Shown one piece after another: positions 29,488 to 38,063 of a stretch of DNA of 60,588 nt. Position 1 is the first letter of the stretch, and every line of letters begins with the position of its first letter. Source of the DNA: a virus. Lineage: Duplodnaviria; Caudoviricetes. The notes beneath the pieces were generated by a model that ran no database searches, was not told where the DNA came from, and saw only the letters and a list, made by a program, of their open reading frames with translations. The translations under genes and the position numbers were made by a program. The stretch is taken from IMG/VR virus record IMGVR_UViG_3300032260_000003, positions 1-60,588 of that record. The stretch is one strand, 5' to 3'.

Positions 29488-29562
29488 CGCGGAATAGATC
29501 AGTCCGGCTAGATCGGGAGGTTCATGACCTTCAGGCCGCGGGTTCGAATCCCGCTTCCGCAT
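29488..29562 (+). tRNA. tRNA-Met(CAT), initiator-like variant
   Basis: Full cloverleaf; C1xA72 mismatch and A11:U24 (initiator hallmarks); loop TTCATGA; A29:U41, G37 and U73 are atypical. Confidence 0.85.
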
Positions 29563-29581
29563 TCAATCGCAGAAACACGGC

Positions 29582-29821
29582 TCATCGAGCGCGGAGTCTG
29601 TCGTTCCTTTCGCGCTCCATTTTAAGCAACGCGTCGAACGCCTTTTGAAGCCCTCGTTCGACCTTTCCCGTCTTTGTCAAGAAACCCGCCGCCTTCAGTC
29701 CGTTGAATGCCTTCGATACCGCATGCGATGTAAGACCGGCACATTCTTCGATGCTTTCCATCCGCGCTGGTCCCGCCATTGCGGCCAAGACGCTCGCCTG
29801 ATTACTCGTCAACGTTTTCAT
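29582..29821 (-). CDS. Winged-helix DNA-binding protein
   Basis: LTSNQASVL..IEECAGLTSHAVSKAFNGLKAAGFL. Confidence 0.65.
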   Translation of the reverse strand: MKTLTSNQASVLAAMAGPARMESIEECAGLTSHAVSKAFNGLKAAGFLTKTGKVERGLQKAFDALLKMERERNDRLRAR

Positions 29822-29836
29822 TTCGAACCCCTCCAG

Positions 29837-30139
29837 TCAATTCATCATGCCGGCGCAGATTCCGCCGATGCCCCACATGAGCGTCAGGTACACCCCGGCC
29901 CATGCGCACATCGCAATCGCCGATGATTTCGGATCCGGCGTTCTTGATCCCCCTTTGAGAACTCCCGCCGTCAGCATCAATCCGTACGCATGTGCGTTCC
30001 CGATGGACATGACGCCGAGCGGCACCACGAACCAACCCCAAAGGGTCTGCATCACGAAAGCCGCATAGAGCGCGACAAACGGAATCATCACCAATCCGAT
30101 CAGACTTTTGCCCAAGTCCTCGTCACTTCTTGTCGTCAT
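29837..30139 (-). CDS. Membrane protein
   Basis: About three hydrophobic segments; LWGWFVVPLG. Confidence 0.7.
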   Translation of the reverse strand: MTTRSDEDLGKSLIGLVMIPFVALYAAFVMQTLWGWFVVPLGVMSIGNAHAYGLMLTAGVLKGGSRTPDPKSSAIAMCAWAGVYLTLMWGIGGICAGMMN

Positions 30140-30398
30140 TTTCGTTCTCCAATTTCTGCGTGTGATTCGCGACGACGGCGGCGACACTCGACAGCATCAC
30201 GACAGTGATCATCAACGGCGTCAACACAGCGAACGCCGCAAGATCGGCAAATCGATGAATGCGTCGGCGCGGGCGCGGCGCTGAATCCTGCGTGGACATC
30301 GACGGCCGCACGTAACGACAGTATCCCATCACATGTTCGACCGTATACGGCGATTCGCCACAACTCACGCATGGCCCCGAATTTCGCGGTTCCGTCAT
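30123..30398 (-). CDS. Small protein with CxxC and TM segment
   Basis: Coupled ORF. Confidence 0.55.
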   Translation of the reverse strand: MTEPRNSGPCVSCGESPYTVEHVMGYCRYVRPSMSTQDSAPRPRRRIHRFADLAAFAVLTPLMITVVMLSSVAAVVANHTQKLENENDDKK

Positions 30399-30607
30399 TC
30401 GTTATCCCGACACATCGCGCAGATTCGCGACAGTTCTTCGACGTTTTTCATCGTCGGTTTTCCGTCCACAATGTTCACAATTTGAGGCCGCGTCTGTTTC
30501 GGCCATCCATGATCGACAGCATCCTTCGATGCTTCTTGGTAGGTGTCGCCCATACCGCCGATCTTATGGCAACGAGCGCACGTGATAGTGATGTCGCCGA
30601 AATTCAT
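30395..30607 (-). CDS. Small zinc-finger protein
   Basis: CARC...GW...CAMC. Confidence 0.65.
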   Translation of the reverse strand: MNFGDITITCARCHKIGGMGDTYQEASKDAVDHGWPKQTRPQIVNIVDGKPTMKNVEELSRICAMCRDNE

Positions 30608-30954
30608 GGACGGCCGGTCAAATCTTCGATTGCGATCGTGAACGCGCGAAGAACTTCAGGCTGTGTCCGTTCTGGCATGTCGTTCCAGATTGAAGGAAAC
30701 GTGCGCGTGTGCACCACCAACGTGTTACACGCCTCCTGAAAAGCCGGAGAGTCTATACGTTTCGTCGACGTAATGAGTCCGGCGTCGATCGCAACGCGTT
30801 TCAAGGCACCCGCAACGCAAAAACACACGGCATCCGGATGATCTGCGGGCACCGCATTCCCGCTTGCGTTTCGCGCCCATGCGTTTTGTGTCCATCCGTT
30901 GTCCGTAATCAACTTTCGCGCGTCTCTGAGAAATTGCACCGAAGATTGTGTCAT
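30604..30954 (-). CDS. DUF6197-like protein (copy 5)
   Basis: GWTQ..CFCVAGA..WNDMPERTQPEV. Confidence 0.8.
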   Translation of the reverse strand: MTQSSVQFLRDARKLITDNGWTQNAWARNASGNAVPADHPDAVCFCVAGALKRVAIDAGLITSTKRIDSPAFQEACNTLVVHTRTFPSIWNDMPERTQPEVLRAFTIAIEDLTGRP

Positions 30955-31241
30955 TTCGACTCCCTGCTTGTCATCTGTGCCGGCGGTTTCGCGACGCCGG
31001 GGCCCCAAACCATCTTAGCCAGCTTTTCGCGCCACTCGTCAAGCGTGAAAGCGACGTCAGCGTTGTTCATTACAGCCTGCACAACAGGGAAGTCAGAATG
31101 AATCACGACCTGCATGTTTTCGATTGACAGCGGCAGATGACGCATCGCATGCGACCGGGATCGTTGCGTGAGATCGAACGCCTCTTGCGACACGAGAACG
31201 AACTTCCCTGGAATGACCATGACGTGAATGACGCGCTTCAT
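30951..31241 (-). CDS. Hypothetical protein
   Basis: ATGA-coupled. Confidence 0.6.
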   Translation of the reverse strand: MKRVIHVMVIPGKFVLVSQEAFDLTQRSRSHAMRHLPLSIENMQVVIHSDFPVVQAVMNNADVAFTLDEWREKLAKMVWGPGVAKPPAQMTSRESK

Positions 31242-31585
31242 CGCGGCCCCGTTTCGACTGATTGAAGGTGTGTGATGAGCGCATCGAAGAACTGAATGAC
31301 GTCTTCTTTTGTGCGGACGGGATCGTCATTCCACGCATCGACTGGCATGAAGTCAGTTCCGAAAGTCCTGCCCAGGAATTCTGAAGCGGTTCCGATTGAA
31401 ACGCCACGGAGACGCGGGGCGGCGCGGAAAATGGCGGCGACTGCGCAGAAGCACGTGGCATTCGGACTGTTCCATCGAACGCCTTCGCCGTCGTTATTTT
31501 GTGCGAATTCGTCCTGAATCCAACCACCTTCAACGATCAGGCGTCGCGCCTCGGTGAAGATTTCGGCAAGTTCTGCGTTGTTCAT
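31238..31585 (-). CDS. DUF6197-like protein (copy 4)
   Basis: GWIQ..CFCAVAA..WNDDPVRTKEDV. Confidence 0.8.
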   Translation of the reverse strand: MNNAELAEIFTEARRLIVEGGWIQDEFAQNNDGEGVRWNSPNATCFCAVAAIFRAAPRLRGVSIGTASEFLGRTFGTDFMPVDAWNDDPVRTKEDVIQFFDALITHLQSVETGPR

Positions 31586-31806
31586 TTTTTCCTTCTTTCC
31601 GTTATCGCCCTCAAATACGCGAGGCTGTTCAACGTTGATGCGAGCCACGCTATCGCCTCGCCCGCGTCGTGCCGCAGAACAGTGAGGACGAAACACGCCG
31701 CCGACGCTGAAGTCGCAATTATTCCAGAACACCGCATCAACAAACCTCCACGACGACGGCGAGCGCGATTATCAGCGCCGTCCATACGAGGCCCGACGCG
31801 ATCCAA
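31582..31806 (-). CDS. Small hypothetical protein
   Basis: Fills a gap between paralogues; start uncertain. Confidence 0.35.
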   Translation of the reverse strand: MDRVGPRMDGADNRARRRRGGLLMRCSGIIATSASAACFVLTVLRHDAGEAIAWLASTLNSLAYLRAITERRKK

Positions 31807-31824
31807 ACGATCAGGCGTTCGAAT

Positions 31825-32190
31825 TTACGCATCACCGCCGTCCCCTTCCCGCGCCGACTCGATCAGTTTTGCTTCGAGTTTTGCGATCACCCGCTCGAAC
31901 ATCGCCACCACTTCGTCGCGCGTCCGTCCTTCGACGTCGTTCCATTTCCCCATCGTCATATAGCCGAGTTCGTCATCAATCTCATCGTCGATCATGTAAC
32001 GGCTTTCGATTGGCTGGCCTGAAAATGCGCGCTCAACAGCTCCGAAAACGCAAAAGCAAACCGCCTCCGGGTCCAGCGCCCAGACCAAATGTCCCTGCGC
32101 ATCCTTGGCGTCGAATCCTTGGCACCAGCCGACTTCGGCGATCAAGCGACGGGCTTCTTTGGCGGCTGTGATCACGTCGTTGTTCTTCAT
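31825..32190 (-). CDS. DUF6197-like protein (copy 3)
   Basis: GWCQG..CFCVFGA..WNDVEGRTRDEV; GAGGAG RBS. Confidence 0.8.
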   Translation of the reverse strand: MKNNDVITAAKEARRLIAEVGWCQGFDAKDAQGHLVWALDPEAVCFCVFGAVERAFSGQPIESRYMIDDEIDDELGYMTMGKWNDVEGRTRDEVVAMFERVIAKLEAKLIESAREGDGGDA

Positions 32191-32223
32191 CTCAGATCTC
32201 CTCGTCCGCGGTCGAATCGTCGT

Positions 32224-32589
32224 TCATGGTGCCTCCTGTCGAAGCCGCGCGACCGTCGCATCAAACACCGCGAGGACTTCCCCACACTTGCGCCCGGGCG
32301 CATCGTTCCATCGAACAATGTCCTGCGCCGGCACATCGCGATTGAGTTCGTCCAATCCGGCGCGAATTAGCCTGCCGCCGAACTTCGAACACCCGAATGC
32401 GTCATATACAGCGCGATGTACTGCACCCGACGCACAAAAACGCGTCGCTTCGATGTCGAATGCGGTTACTGCACCGGCCGCACTTCGCGCCATTGTATGT
32501 TGTGTCCAGCCCTTGTTGTGCAGGAGCCCCCGCGCCTTTTGAAGCACGTCGATCACCTGCGCCGTCGTCGGCTCTTTGTCTGGATTCAT
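32224..32589 (-). CDS. DUF6197-like protein (copy 2)
   Basis: GWTQ..RFCASGA..WNDAPGRKCGEV. Confidence 0.8.
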   Translation of the reverse strand: MNPDKEPTTAQVIDVLQKARGLLHNKGWTQHTMARSAAGAVTAFDIEATRFCASGAVHRAVYDAFGCSKFGGRLIRAGLDELNRDVPAQDIVRWNDAPGRKCGEVLAVFDATVARLRQEAP

Positions 32590-32962
32590 GGCGTTCCCTC
32601 TCCTCCTTTTCGGCGCCGGCCTCGCAGCGCGCGATCACCCGGTCGAACAGCGCGGCAACGTCGGCCTTGTTTCGCGCGGCGCGATCGTTCCATCGGCCGA
32701 TGCTGGACCCCTGATTCTCAGCCCGAAGCACGATGCGCAACCACTCCAACGCCCCGTGCATCGCCATCAACTGCTCCACGGTTGGCGCACACACGACTCG
32801 CACGAAGCCCATGACGCAGAAATTCGTCGCTGTTGGATCATCCCAATTCACGTCCCGTCCGTCCGCGTCGCTCGCCATTCCGCCGCGGGTCCATCCGCAC
32901 ACGTCGATACGCGCGCGCGCCCGCTTCAATACATCCAACACCGTTTCTTCTTTTGTCGTCAT
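32402..32962 (-). CDS. DUF6197-like protein (copy 1), frame overlaps copy 2 by 188 nt
   Basis: GWTRG..NFCVMGF..WNDRAARNKADV; ATG 1 nt after the tRNA discriminator. Confidence 0.75.
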   Translation of the reverse strand: MTTKEETVLDVLKRARARIDVCGWTRGGMASDADGRDVNWDDPTATNFCVMGFVRVVCAPTVEQLMAMHGALEWLRIVLRAENQGSSIGRWNDRAARNKADVAALFDRVIARCEAGAEKEERERHESRQRADDGAGDRRASKGAGAPAQQGLDTTYNGAKCGRCSNRIRHRSDAFLCVGCSTSRCI

Positions 32963-32963
32963 A

Positions 32964-33047
32964 TGGAAAGCGGAGGATTCGAACCCCACGCCGAAGCACC
33001 CGGGCTACAACCGGGCAGAAGCTACCAATGCTCCCTATTCACTTTCC
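32964..33047 (-). tRNA. Non-canonical tRNA with GTA (Tyr) anticodon; 8/4 fold possible
   Basis: GGAAAGTG/CGCTTTCC 8 bp; T stem GGGG/CCTC with TTCGAAT; D stem GGGAGC/GCTTCT; anticodon stem GCCCGG/CCGGGT around TTGTAGC; short V arm GC-TTCG-GC. Confidence 0.75.
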
Positions 33048-33057
33048 GTCGCGCGCA

Positions 33058-33255
33058 TTACCATTGGTCGACCCACCCGCAAACGCATTCCTGCGAATCG
33101 GGATTCATGGCGCACAATGCGAGCCGCGCGTTGATTTCCACTTCGGACATCTGGTTCCTCATGCTCACGCATGAATTGCCCGCGACGAGGCAGGCGACGA
33201 GCGCCACAATCAGTGTAACTGCGAGGATGAGATTTTCGGAATCGATCTTATTCAT
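33058..33255 (-). CDS. Small membrane-anchored or exported protein
   Basis: AAGGA RBS; N-terminal hydrophobic helix. Confidence 0.6.
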   Translation of the reverse strand: MNKIDSENLILAVTLIVALVACLVAGNSCVSMRNQMSEVEINARLALCAMNPDSQECVCGWVDQW

Positions 33256-33314
33256 GGCGTTTCCTTTTCTGCGGTCAATGCCGACTTTGCGTTTGAAATT
33301 ATGATGCGGAACGG

Positions 33315-33495
33315 CGTTCGTTAACACCCATTGTCCACATATTTCATGAGTGCCGGTCGTTCGTCAGGCGTGACAAAGAAAAGTCGGCGTTCTTCGGCAA
33401 TGTCATCCATTCGCCATTCATAGTGCAGATTATCGTTTGTTCTGGTTCGTTTTCGTTTGTTCTCGCTGCGCATCATCGTTCGTTAACACTCACTG
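33315..33495. repeat. Two 19-bp direct repeats (operator-like) flanking a 51-codon minus-strand ORF
   Basis: CGTTCGTTAACAC(C/T)CA(T/C)TG at 33315-33333 and 33477-33495. Confidence 0.6.
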
Positions 33496-33522
33496 ATCGA
33501 TCAATCGCCGGCAATCGCCGAA

Positions 33523-35088
33523 TCAGCCACGAAGTTGAATGCCGGTGTAGACCGATGTGCGCCCCGTCTTCTTGCGGGCCCGTCGCTTGTTCATGGACGG
33601 CACCGCTTCGTTCAGCATCTTGCCGAACACGCCGCTGTTCATCGTCGGATAGCCGTTCTCGATCGCCCAATCTCGATAGGCGGTGTACAGTGCGTTGGCG
33701 GAAATCGAGGCGTCGGGCGCGATGTGGCACATTTCGTTGAGGAACGGCTTCACCGGTGACGTGAGCGCGAGCATTTCATTGAGGACGTGTTGCCCGTGCC
33801 GCGATTGAACGAAATGTCCGCGTTCGATCAGGCGACACAGACCTCGATACGCCCAGCGCAAGATTCCCGGTCCTTCGGCGGCCAGCGTTTCGTCGAGGTT
33901 GTAGTTCTCGGCACCGACGTGGGACTTGCGGAATTCGATGATCATCGAGCGTCGCGCGAAGGCCCCCGAAGCGTCTCGGAATCGCATCAGTTCGTTCGTG
34001 CAGATGATGAAGCGAACGATGAGCGCCGAATCGATGACGTCTTTGTACTTTCGGTCGACGGGCAATTCGTCGCGCCCCGTGATCGATAGGATCCGCGTCA
34101 TCAATTCCGCCGTGTCGATTTTCGTGGGCATGTGCGCGTCGTCGACGGTCACCACCGATTTTTGAGCGATCGACGCGAGCCCAAAGCCCGAAGCGAGTTG
34201 ACCGAAGGTCGTGGTTCCGGCGGCGCGGCCCAGAATCGTTTTCAGGACCCGCATCAACGTTCCCTTGCCGCTTCCCGGTGGTCCTTTGATGATCAGGAAC
34301 TTCTGCATGTCGTTGTTCGGGACCAAGCAGTAGCCGAGAAACTCCTGCAACACGCGCACTTCGCCCTTGGTCATTCCGGTTTGTTCAAGGAAGGCAATGA
34401 AGGCAACGGGGGGCGCGGGACGTGACTCCCATTCGGTCGTCAGCGCCCAAGGCGTGAACAGCTTCTTGGACGGTTTCTGCGTCGTTTTCGCGGCGGCGTT
34501 GATCAGCTTGTTTGGGCACGCGATCATCCACCTCGGATCGGGGCGAATTTTGTCGACATCGAGCCAAAGTGGGACTTCGTCGTCGGCGCGGGTGGCCACT
34601 TTCGCTTCAATGGCCTGAAGCACCGCTTTGACGGAGTGCGGCCGCGCCGTGAATCCCGGGCGCTTTTCGGCGAGATCGTACACGATGCGATTTTCTCGTG
34701 TGCTGTCGCAGGCGATCCATGCGCCTTCGTCCCAAAGGTGAAGTGTTTGCTGCCAGAGGACAAAGGGACCGAAGAGTGAATCCGCGGCGTACGCAAGAAC
34801 TAACGGGTCGCCCGCTTGCTGGAATTTGCGCATTCCGGCTTTGATTCGCTTCTCGATCGACTCGAAGAGCCACCCTGATGCGTCGTTGTCCTCGATGAGG
34901 TTCGCATCAGCGGCGAGCTGAAGAAGCGCTGCGACCGTTTGCGGCAGCGTGATGTGCTTCATGGCGACATGCGGACCAAAGTAGTCGCGCGCATCCGAGA
35001 GGAGAATTGCGGTCTTCTCGGTCGGATCGTCCACCCTGGCCATAGCGGTCACGGTAGCGTCCATAGCGCGAATCACTTTTTCGTTCAT
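33523..35088 (-). CDS. D5/P4-type SF3 helicase with C-terminal winged helix; no recognisable primase domain
   Basis: LQEFLGYCL, GPPGSGKGT, VTVDD, ICTNELMRFRDASGAFARR. Confidence 0.9.
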   Translation of the reverse strand: MNEKVIRAMDATVTAMARVDDPTEKTAILLSDARDYFGPHVAMKHITLPQTVAALLQLAADANLIEDNDASGWLFESIEKRIKAGMRKFQQAGDPLVLAYAADSLFGPFVLWQQTLHLWDEGAWIACDSTRENRIVYDLAEKRPGFTARPHSVKAVLQAIEAKVATRADDEVPLWLDVDKIRPDPRWMIACPNKLINAAAKTTQKPSKKLFTPWALTTEWESRPAPPVAFIAFLEQTGMTKGEVRVLQEFLGYCLVPNNDMQKFLIIKGPPGSGKGTLMRVLKTILGRAAGTTTFGQLASGFGLASIAQKSVVTVDDAHMPTKIDTAELMTRILSITGRDELPVDRKYKDVIDSALIVRFIICTNELMRFRDASGAFARRSMIIEFRKSHVGAENYNLDETLAAEGPGILRWAYRGLCRLIERGHFVQSRHGQHVLNEMLALTSPVKPFLNEMCHIAPDASISANALYTAYRDWAIENGYPTMNSGVFGKMLNEAVPSMNKRRARKKTGRTSVYTGIQLRG

Positions 35089-35099
35089 TTAAGTGCCCG

Positions 35100-35310
35100 A
35101 TTTCTTTCTTCTTTTAGGAGGTGGCCATAGAGGTCATACCATTTCTAGAAAACTAGAGAAAATGGGAGGGGGTTAATAATAGAAGAGGTATATATAAAAG
35201 TTTCTGGAAGAAAATGATCCAGGGCCAAAAGGCCGAATTCGGATAGGATCCCCCCGCTGAGAAGCCGAAATCGCACGATCACCCTTGCTATGGCCAGGGG
35301 TGGCCACCTG
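35100..35310. promoter_or_regulatory. Putative replication origin
   Basis: AT-rich purine-skewed core (TTAATAATAGAAGAGGTATATATAAAAG) flanked by TGGCCA sites at 35122, 35291 and 35301 forming inverted repeats; lies between the two winged-helix genes. Confidence 0.55.
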
Positions 35311-35315
35311 GACGA

Positions 35316-35696
35316 TCAATCGAGGCCCACGCCGTAAAACGTCGAACCGTCGCACTGGATCGTCGAAACGGCGTACGGAAGCATGTGCTCGAATTCGGCG
35401 CGTTTGTACGATCGAGCCATCCGCATCCCGGACCATTTGCGGTACCTGCGAAGCAATGCGGAAACCGCGACGAATTCGTCACGACCGGTCGTGCATTCAG
35501 ACACCACGAAGTTTCGAAGCGATTGGGCGGCTTTTTCGAGGCAGTCGCAGACGATCGAGTGATCGAGGAGGGCGCGCTGCACTACGTACGGGGATCGCGC
35601 CATTTTGGCGGCGTCGGCGAGTTTGTCGATGGTCTCCCAATCGTCTTCAGTGCCGTTGATCGACCTGATGGATGTGCGGGGCTTCGTTTTCAACAT
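35316..35696 (-). CDS. Ribbon-helix-helix plus D5-type C-terminal winged-helix protein
   Basis: TSIRSINGTEDDWETIDKLADAAKMARSPYV (RHH); LRNFVVSEC..VSALLRRYRKW..FYGVGL resembles the helicase C-terminus. Confidence 0.65.
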   Translation of the reverse strand: MLKTKPRTSIRSINGTEDDWETIDKLADAAKMARSPYVVQRALLDHSIVCDCLEKAAQSLRNFVVSECTTGRDEFVAVSALLRRYRKWSGMRMARSYKRAEFEHMLPYAVSTIQCDGSTFYGVGLD

Positions 35697-35833
35697 TCGC
35701 CCTTGACGTAGCATGCGGATTAACAATTTGCAAAGCGATTGATAATCAGGCAAGGTGATCGACCGTGCGAACAGATTGGCCGCTTGGCCGTCGGGGTCAG
35801 TACCCCGTATCGATTCCGAACATCTCCAAGACG

Positions 35834-37648
35834 ATGCGCAAAAAAGCGTACAGCGTTCCCGGGGTGACGAGCGACAAACGCGGGAACATGCTCGCGACGT
35901 GGGATGCGACGCTGGCTTTGAAGTCGCGCTTCCCGCGAACGTTTGGGGACCTTCCGCCGCCGCCCTCCTATCGAAAGAAGCCCATCAAAACGTATCCCGG
36001 CTTCGACGAGTTCATGCGCGTGTTCGCGAAGAAGTATTGGGATCATCAAAAGCCCGCGGTGAAGTGGCTCGCATTCGGCGCTTATCGCCTTCTCGCGTTG
36101 CCGACGCGGCTCGGCAAGACGCCCACGGTTCTCGGCGCTTGCACACTCAACAATCCGAACGGACGCATCTGTGTCATCTGCCCCGCTGGCCCGCGCCTCG
36201 GCTGGGCGGAGGAAATCGAGAAGTGGTTCGGGAAAAAGAAGAAGATCTTGCTACTCAATGGACGCGCCGGGAACAAGGCGCGATTTTGGGGCAACCGCAA
36301 TTGGGTCCACGGCAAGGCCGAAGTGCATCAGGCGATCGAAGAGTCCGACGTCGTCATCCTGAACTACGACTTGATCATCGGGCACATGAAGATCAATGAA
36401 CGGGGCGGTTTTGAGGGGATGCTCGATCACCTTCCCGGATTGGTGCCGCTGTTGATGCAGCATCACTTCGACTTCTGCATTCTCGACGAATCGCGGTACA
36501 TCGCAACGTGGGGTGCTACTTCGAAGCGCAAGAACTTTTCGCGCCGCGATATGATTGCCAAATTCCTCGGTGAGGATCGTGTGCCGGTCGTTTACGCACT
36601 CGATGCAACGCCGATGCGCAACGGACGCGTGCGATCGTATTGGGGGCAATTCGACATTCTGTCCGGCGGACTTTGGGGCCGTTCGTACAAGCCCGGCGAA
36701 AATCCGCCGGACCCGCGGACGCCGTTCGATTTCGATGTAGCCTATGCGGACGGTCGACGTGAAGATGTGTACGATCACGAGGGCAAAATCGTGGCGACGC
36801 CGTGGATGGCGGACGGACAAACGCGCGTCAAAGAATTTCGCCGTCGAAAGCCGCTCATCGTCTATCAAAAGACGTACGCCGAATGCGTTGAGAACATGCC
36901 GGCGAAGATTCGATCCGTCCGATGGCTCGATCGTCCAACGAAGATCGTGACGCCACGCGACGCCGGCAACACAGAGAAGATGAAACGCCGCGCCGAGATC
37001 ATCGGAACCAAAATCGAACACATGATGGAAGAACTCGTCGACGAGGTGGAGCAGGGGCGCAAGATCATGGTGTTCACCGAGCATCGTCGATCGTGCCGTC
37101 TCGCTTACCAGGCGTTCCTCGCAAAGAAGAAGGTCAAGCGCACCGGCGCGCAACTTCGAGCAGCGCGCGCAGAGGCGTGGCTGTTCTACGGGAACGATGC
37201 TTCAGAAGAGGGCAAGAAGTTCAAGGGCATGACGCCGGATCAGCGACATGCGGCGTGCCGGGAGTTCCGCGAGCACCGAGGCGGTGGCGTCGTTTTTGCG
37301 ACGTGGAAATCGTTAGAGGGGGGCGGGTACCACATGCCCGACGAGACCGGCAAACACCCGGTGACGACCGCGCACGCATTGGAGCAGTACCCCGATCCCG
37401 AGCTTCGTCGCCAGGCGGAAAATCGTCCGTTCGTTCATACAGAAATGCACGCCTACAACGTGATCGATTGGGCCGTTCTTGGTACGGTGGACGAACCCGA
37501 TGCACGAAAAATGAAGCCGAAGCTCGAAGCGCTCGAAGCGGTCAACGATTCGGAAGAGGCCGAGGCGTTGCGAATTGCATTCACGAAAGAAGCAACCACA
37601 CATTGGCGTGATGTCGCAAAAGCGATGGTCGCGATGCAGGAAGATTGA
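35834..37648 (+). CDS. SNF2-like SF2 helicase/ATPase
   Basis: LLALPTRLGKT, VICPA, ILDESRY, DATP, RQAENR. Confidence 0.8.
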   Translation: MRKKAYSVPGVTSDKRGNMLATWDATLALKSRFPRTFGDLPPPPSYRKKPIKTYPGFDEFMRVFAKKYWDHQKPAVKWLAFGAYRLLALPTRLGKTPTVLGACTLNNPNGRICVICPAGPRLGWAEEIEKWFGKKKKILLLNGRAGNKARFWGNRNWVHGKAEVHQAIEESDVVILNYDLIIGHMKINERGGFEGMLDHLPGLVPLLMQHHFDFCILDESRYIATWGATSKRKNFSRRDMIAKFLGEDRVPVVYALDATPMRNGRVRSYWGQFDILSGGLWGRSYKPGENPPDPRTPFDFDVAYADGRREDVYDHEGKIVATPWMADGQTRVKEFRRRKPLIVYQKTYAECVENMPAKIRSVRWLDRPTKIVTPRDAGNTEKMKRRAEIIGTKIEHMMEELVDEVEQGRKIMVFTEHRRSCRLAYQAFLAKKKVKRTGAQLRAARAEAWLFYGNDASEEGKKFKGMTPDQRHAACREFREHRGGGVVFATWKSLEGGGYHMPDETGKHPVTTAHALEQYPDPELRRQAENRPFVHTEMHAYNVIDWAVLGTVDEPDARKMKPKLEALEAVNDSEEAEALRIAFTKEATTHWRDVAKAMVAMQED

Positions 37649-37653
37649 AACGC

Positions 37654-37881
37654 ATGACGATTGAAACCGTGAAGCAACCCGTGACGCTGAAAATCACATG
37701 CAACCATTGCGGCGATGTCGGTTACGCAACAGATCGAACAGCAGAAGGTGCGACGCGTGCGTTGCTCTCCGATGAATGGATGTCGCTCGTCTTCGGCGGC
37801 TATTCCCGCCATTTTTGTTCGAAAGCGCCCTGCCGTTCGATGCTGTTGACGAAGCAAGAAACTGAAATCGCGACACTATGA
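37654..37881 (+). CDS. Small zinc-finger protein
   Basis: CNHC...HFCSKAPC. Confidence 0.6.
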   Translation: MTIETVKQPVTLKITCNHCGDVGYATDRTAEGATRALLSDEWMSLVFGGYSRHFCSKAPCRSMLLTKQETEIATL

Positions 37882-38063
37882 ATGTTGGAGCGCTAGTCAT
37901 CATTCGTGTACTCGTTGAAGTGTCCGACGACGCAAAGGATCCGCTCAGCGACGCGCGTGTTGAAATCGATCAAAAGATGGCGCGACAGAGGTTAGATGTC
38001 GTCAACGTCGTGTCCGTCCAGGAGCGCAGAGAGCAGCGGCGAGAGAAGGTTCGATTAAAATGA
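37878..38063 (+). CDS. Small hypothetical protein
   Basis: ATGA-coupled. Confidence 0.55.
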   Translation: MNVGALVIIRVLVEVSDDAKDPLSDARVEIDQKMARQRLDVVNVVSVQERREQRREKVRLK

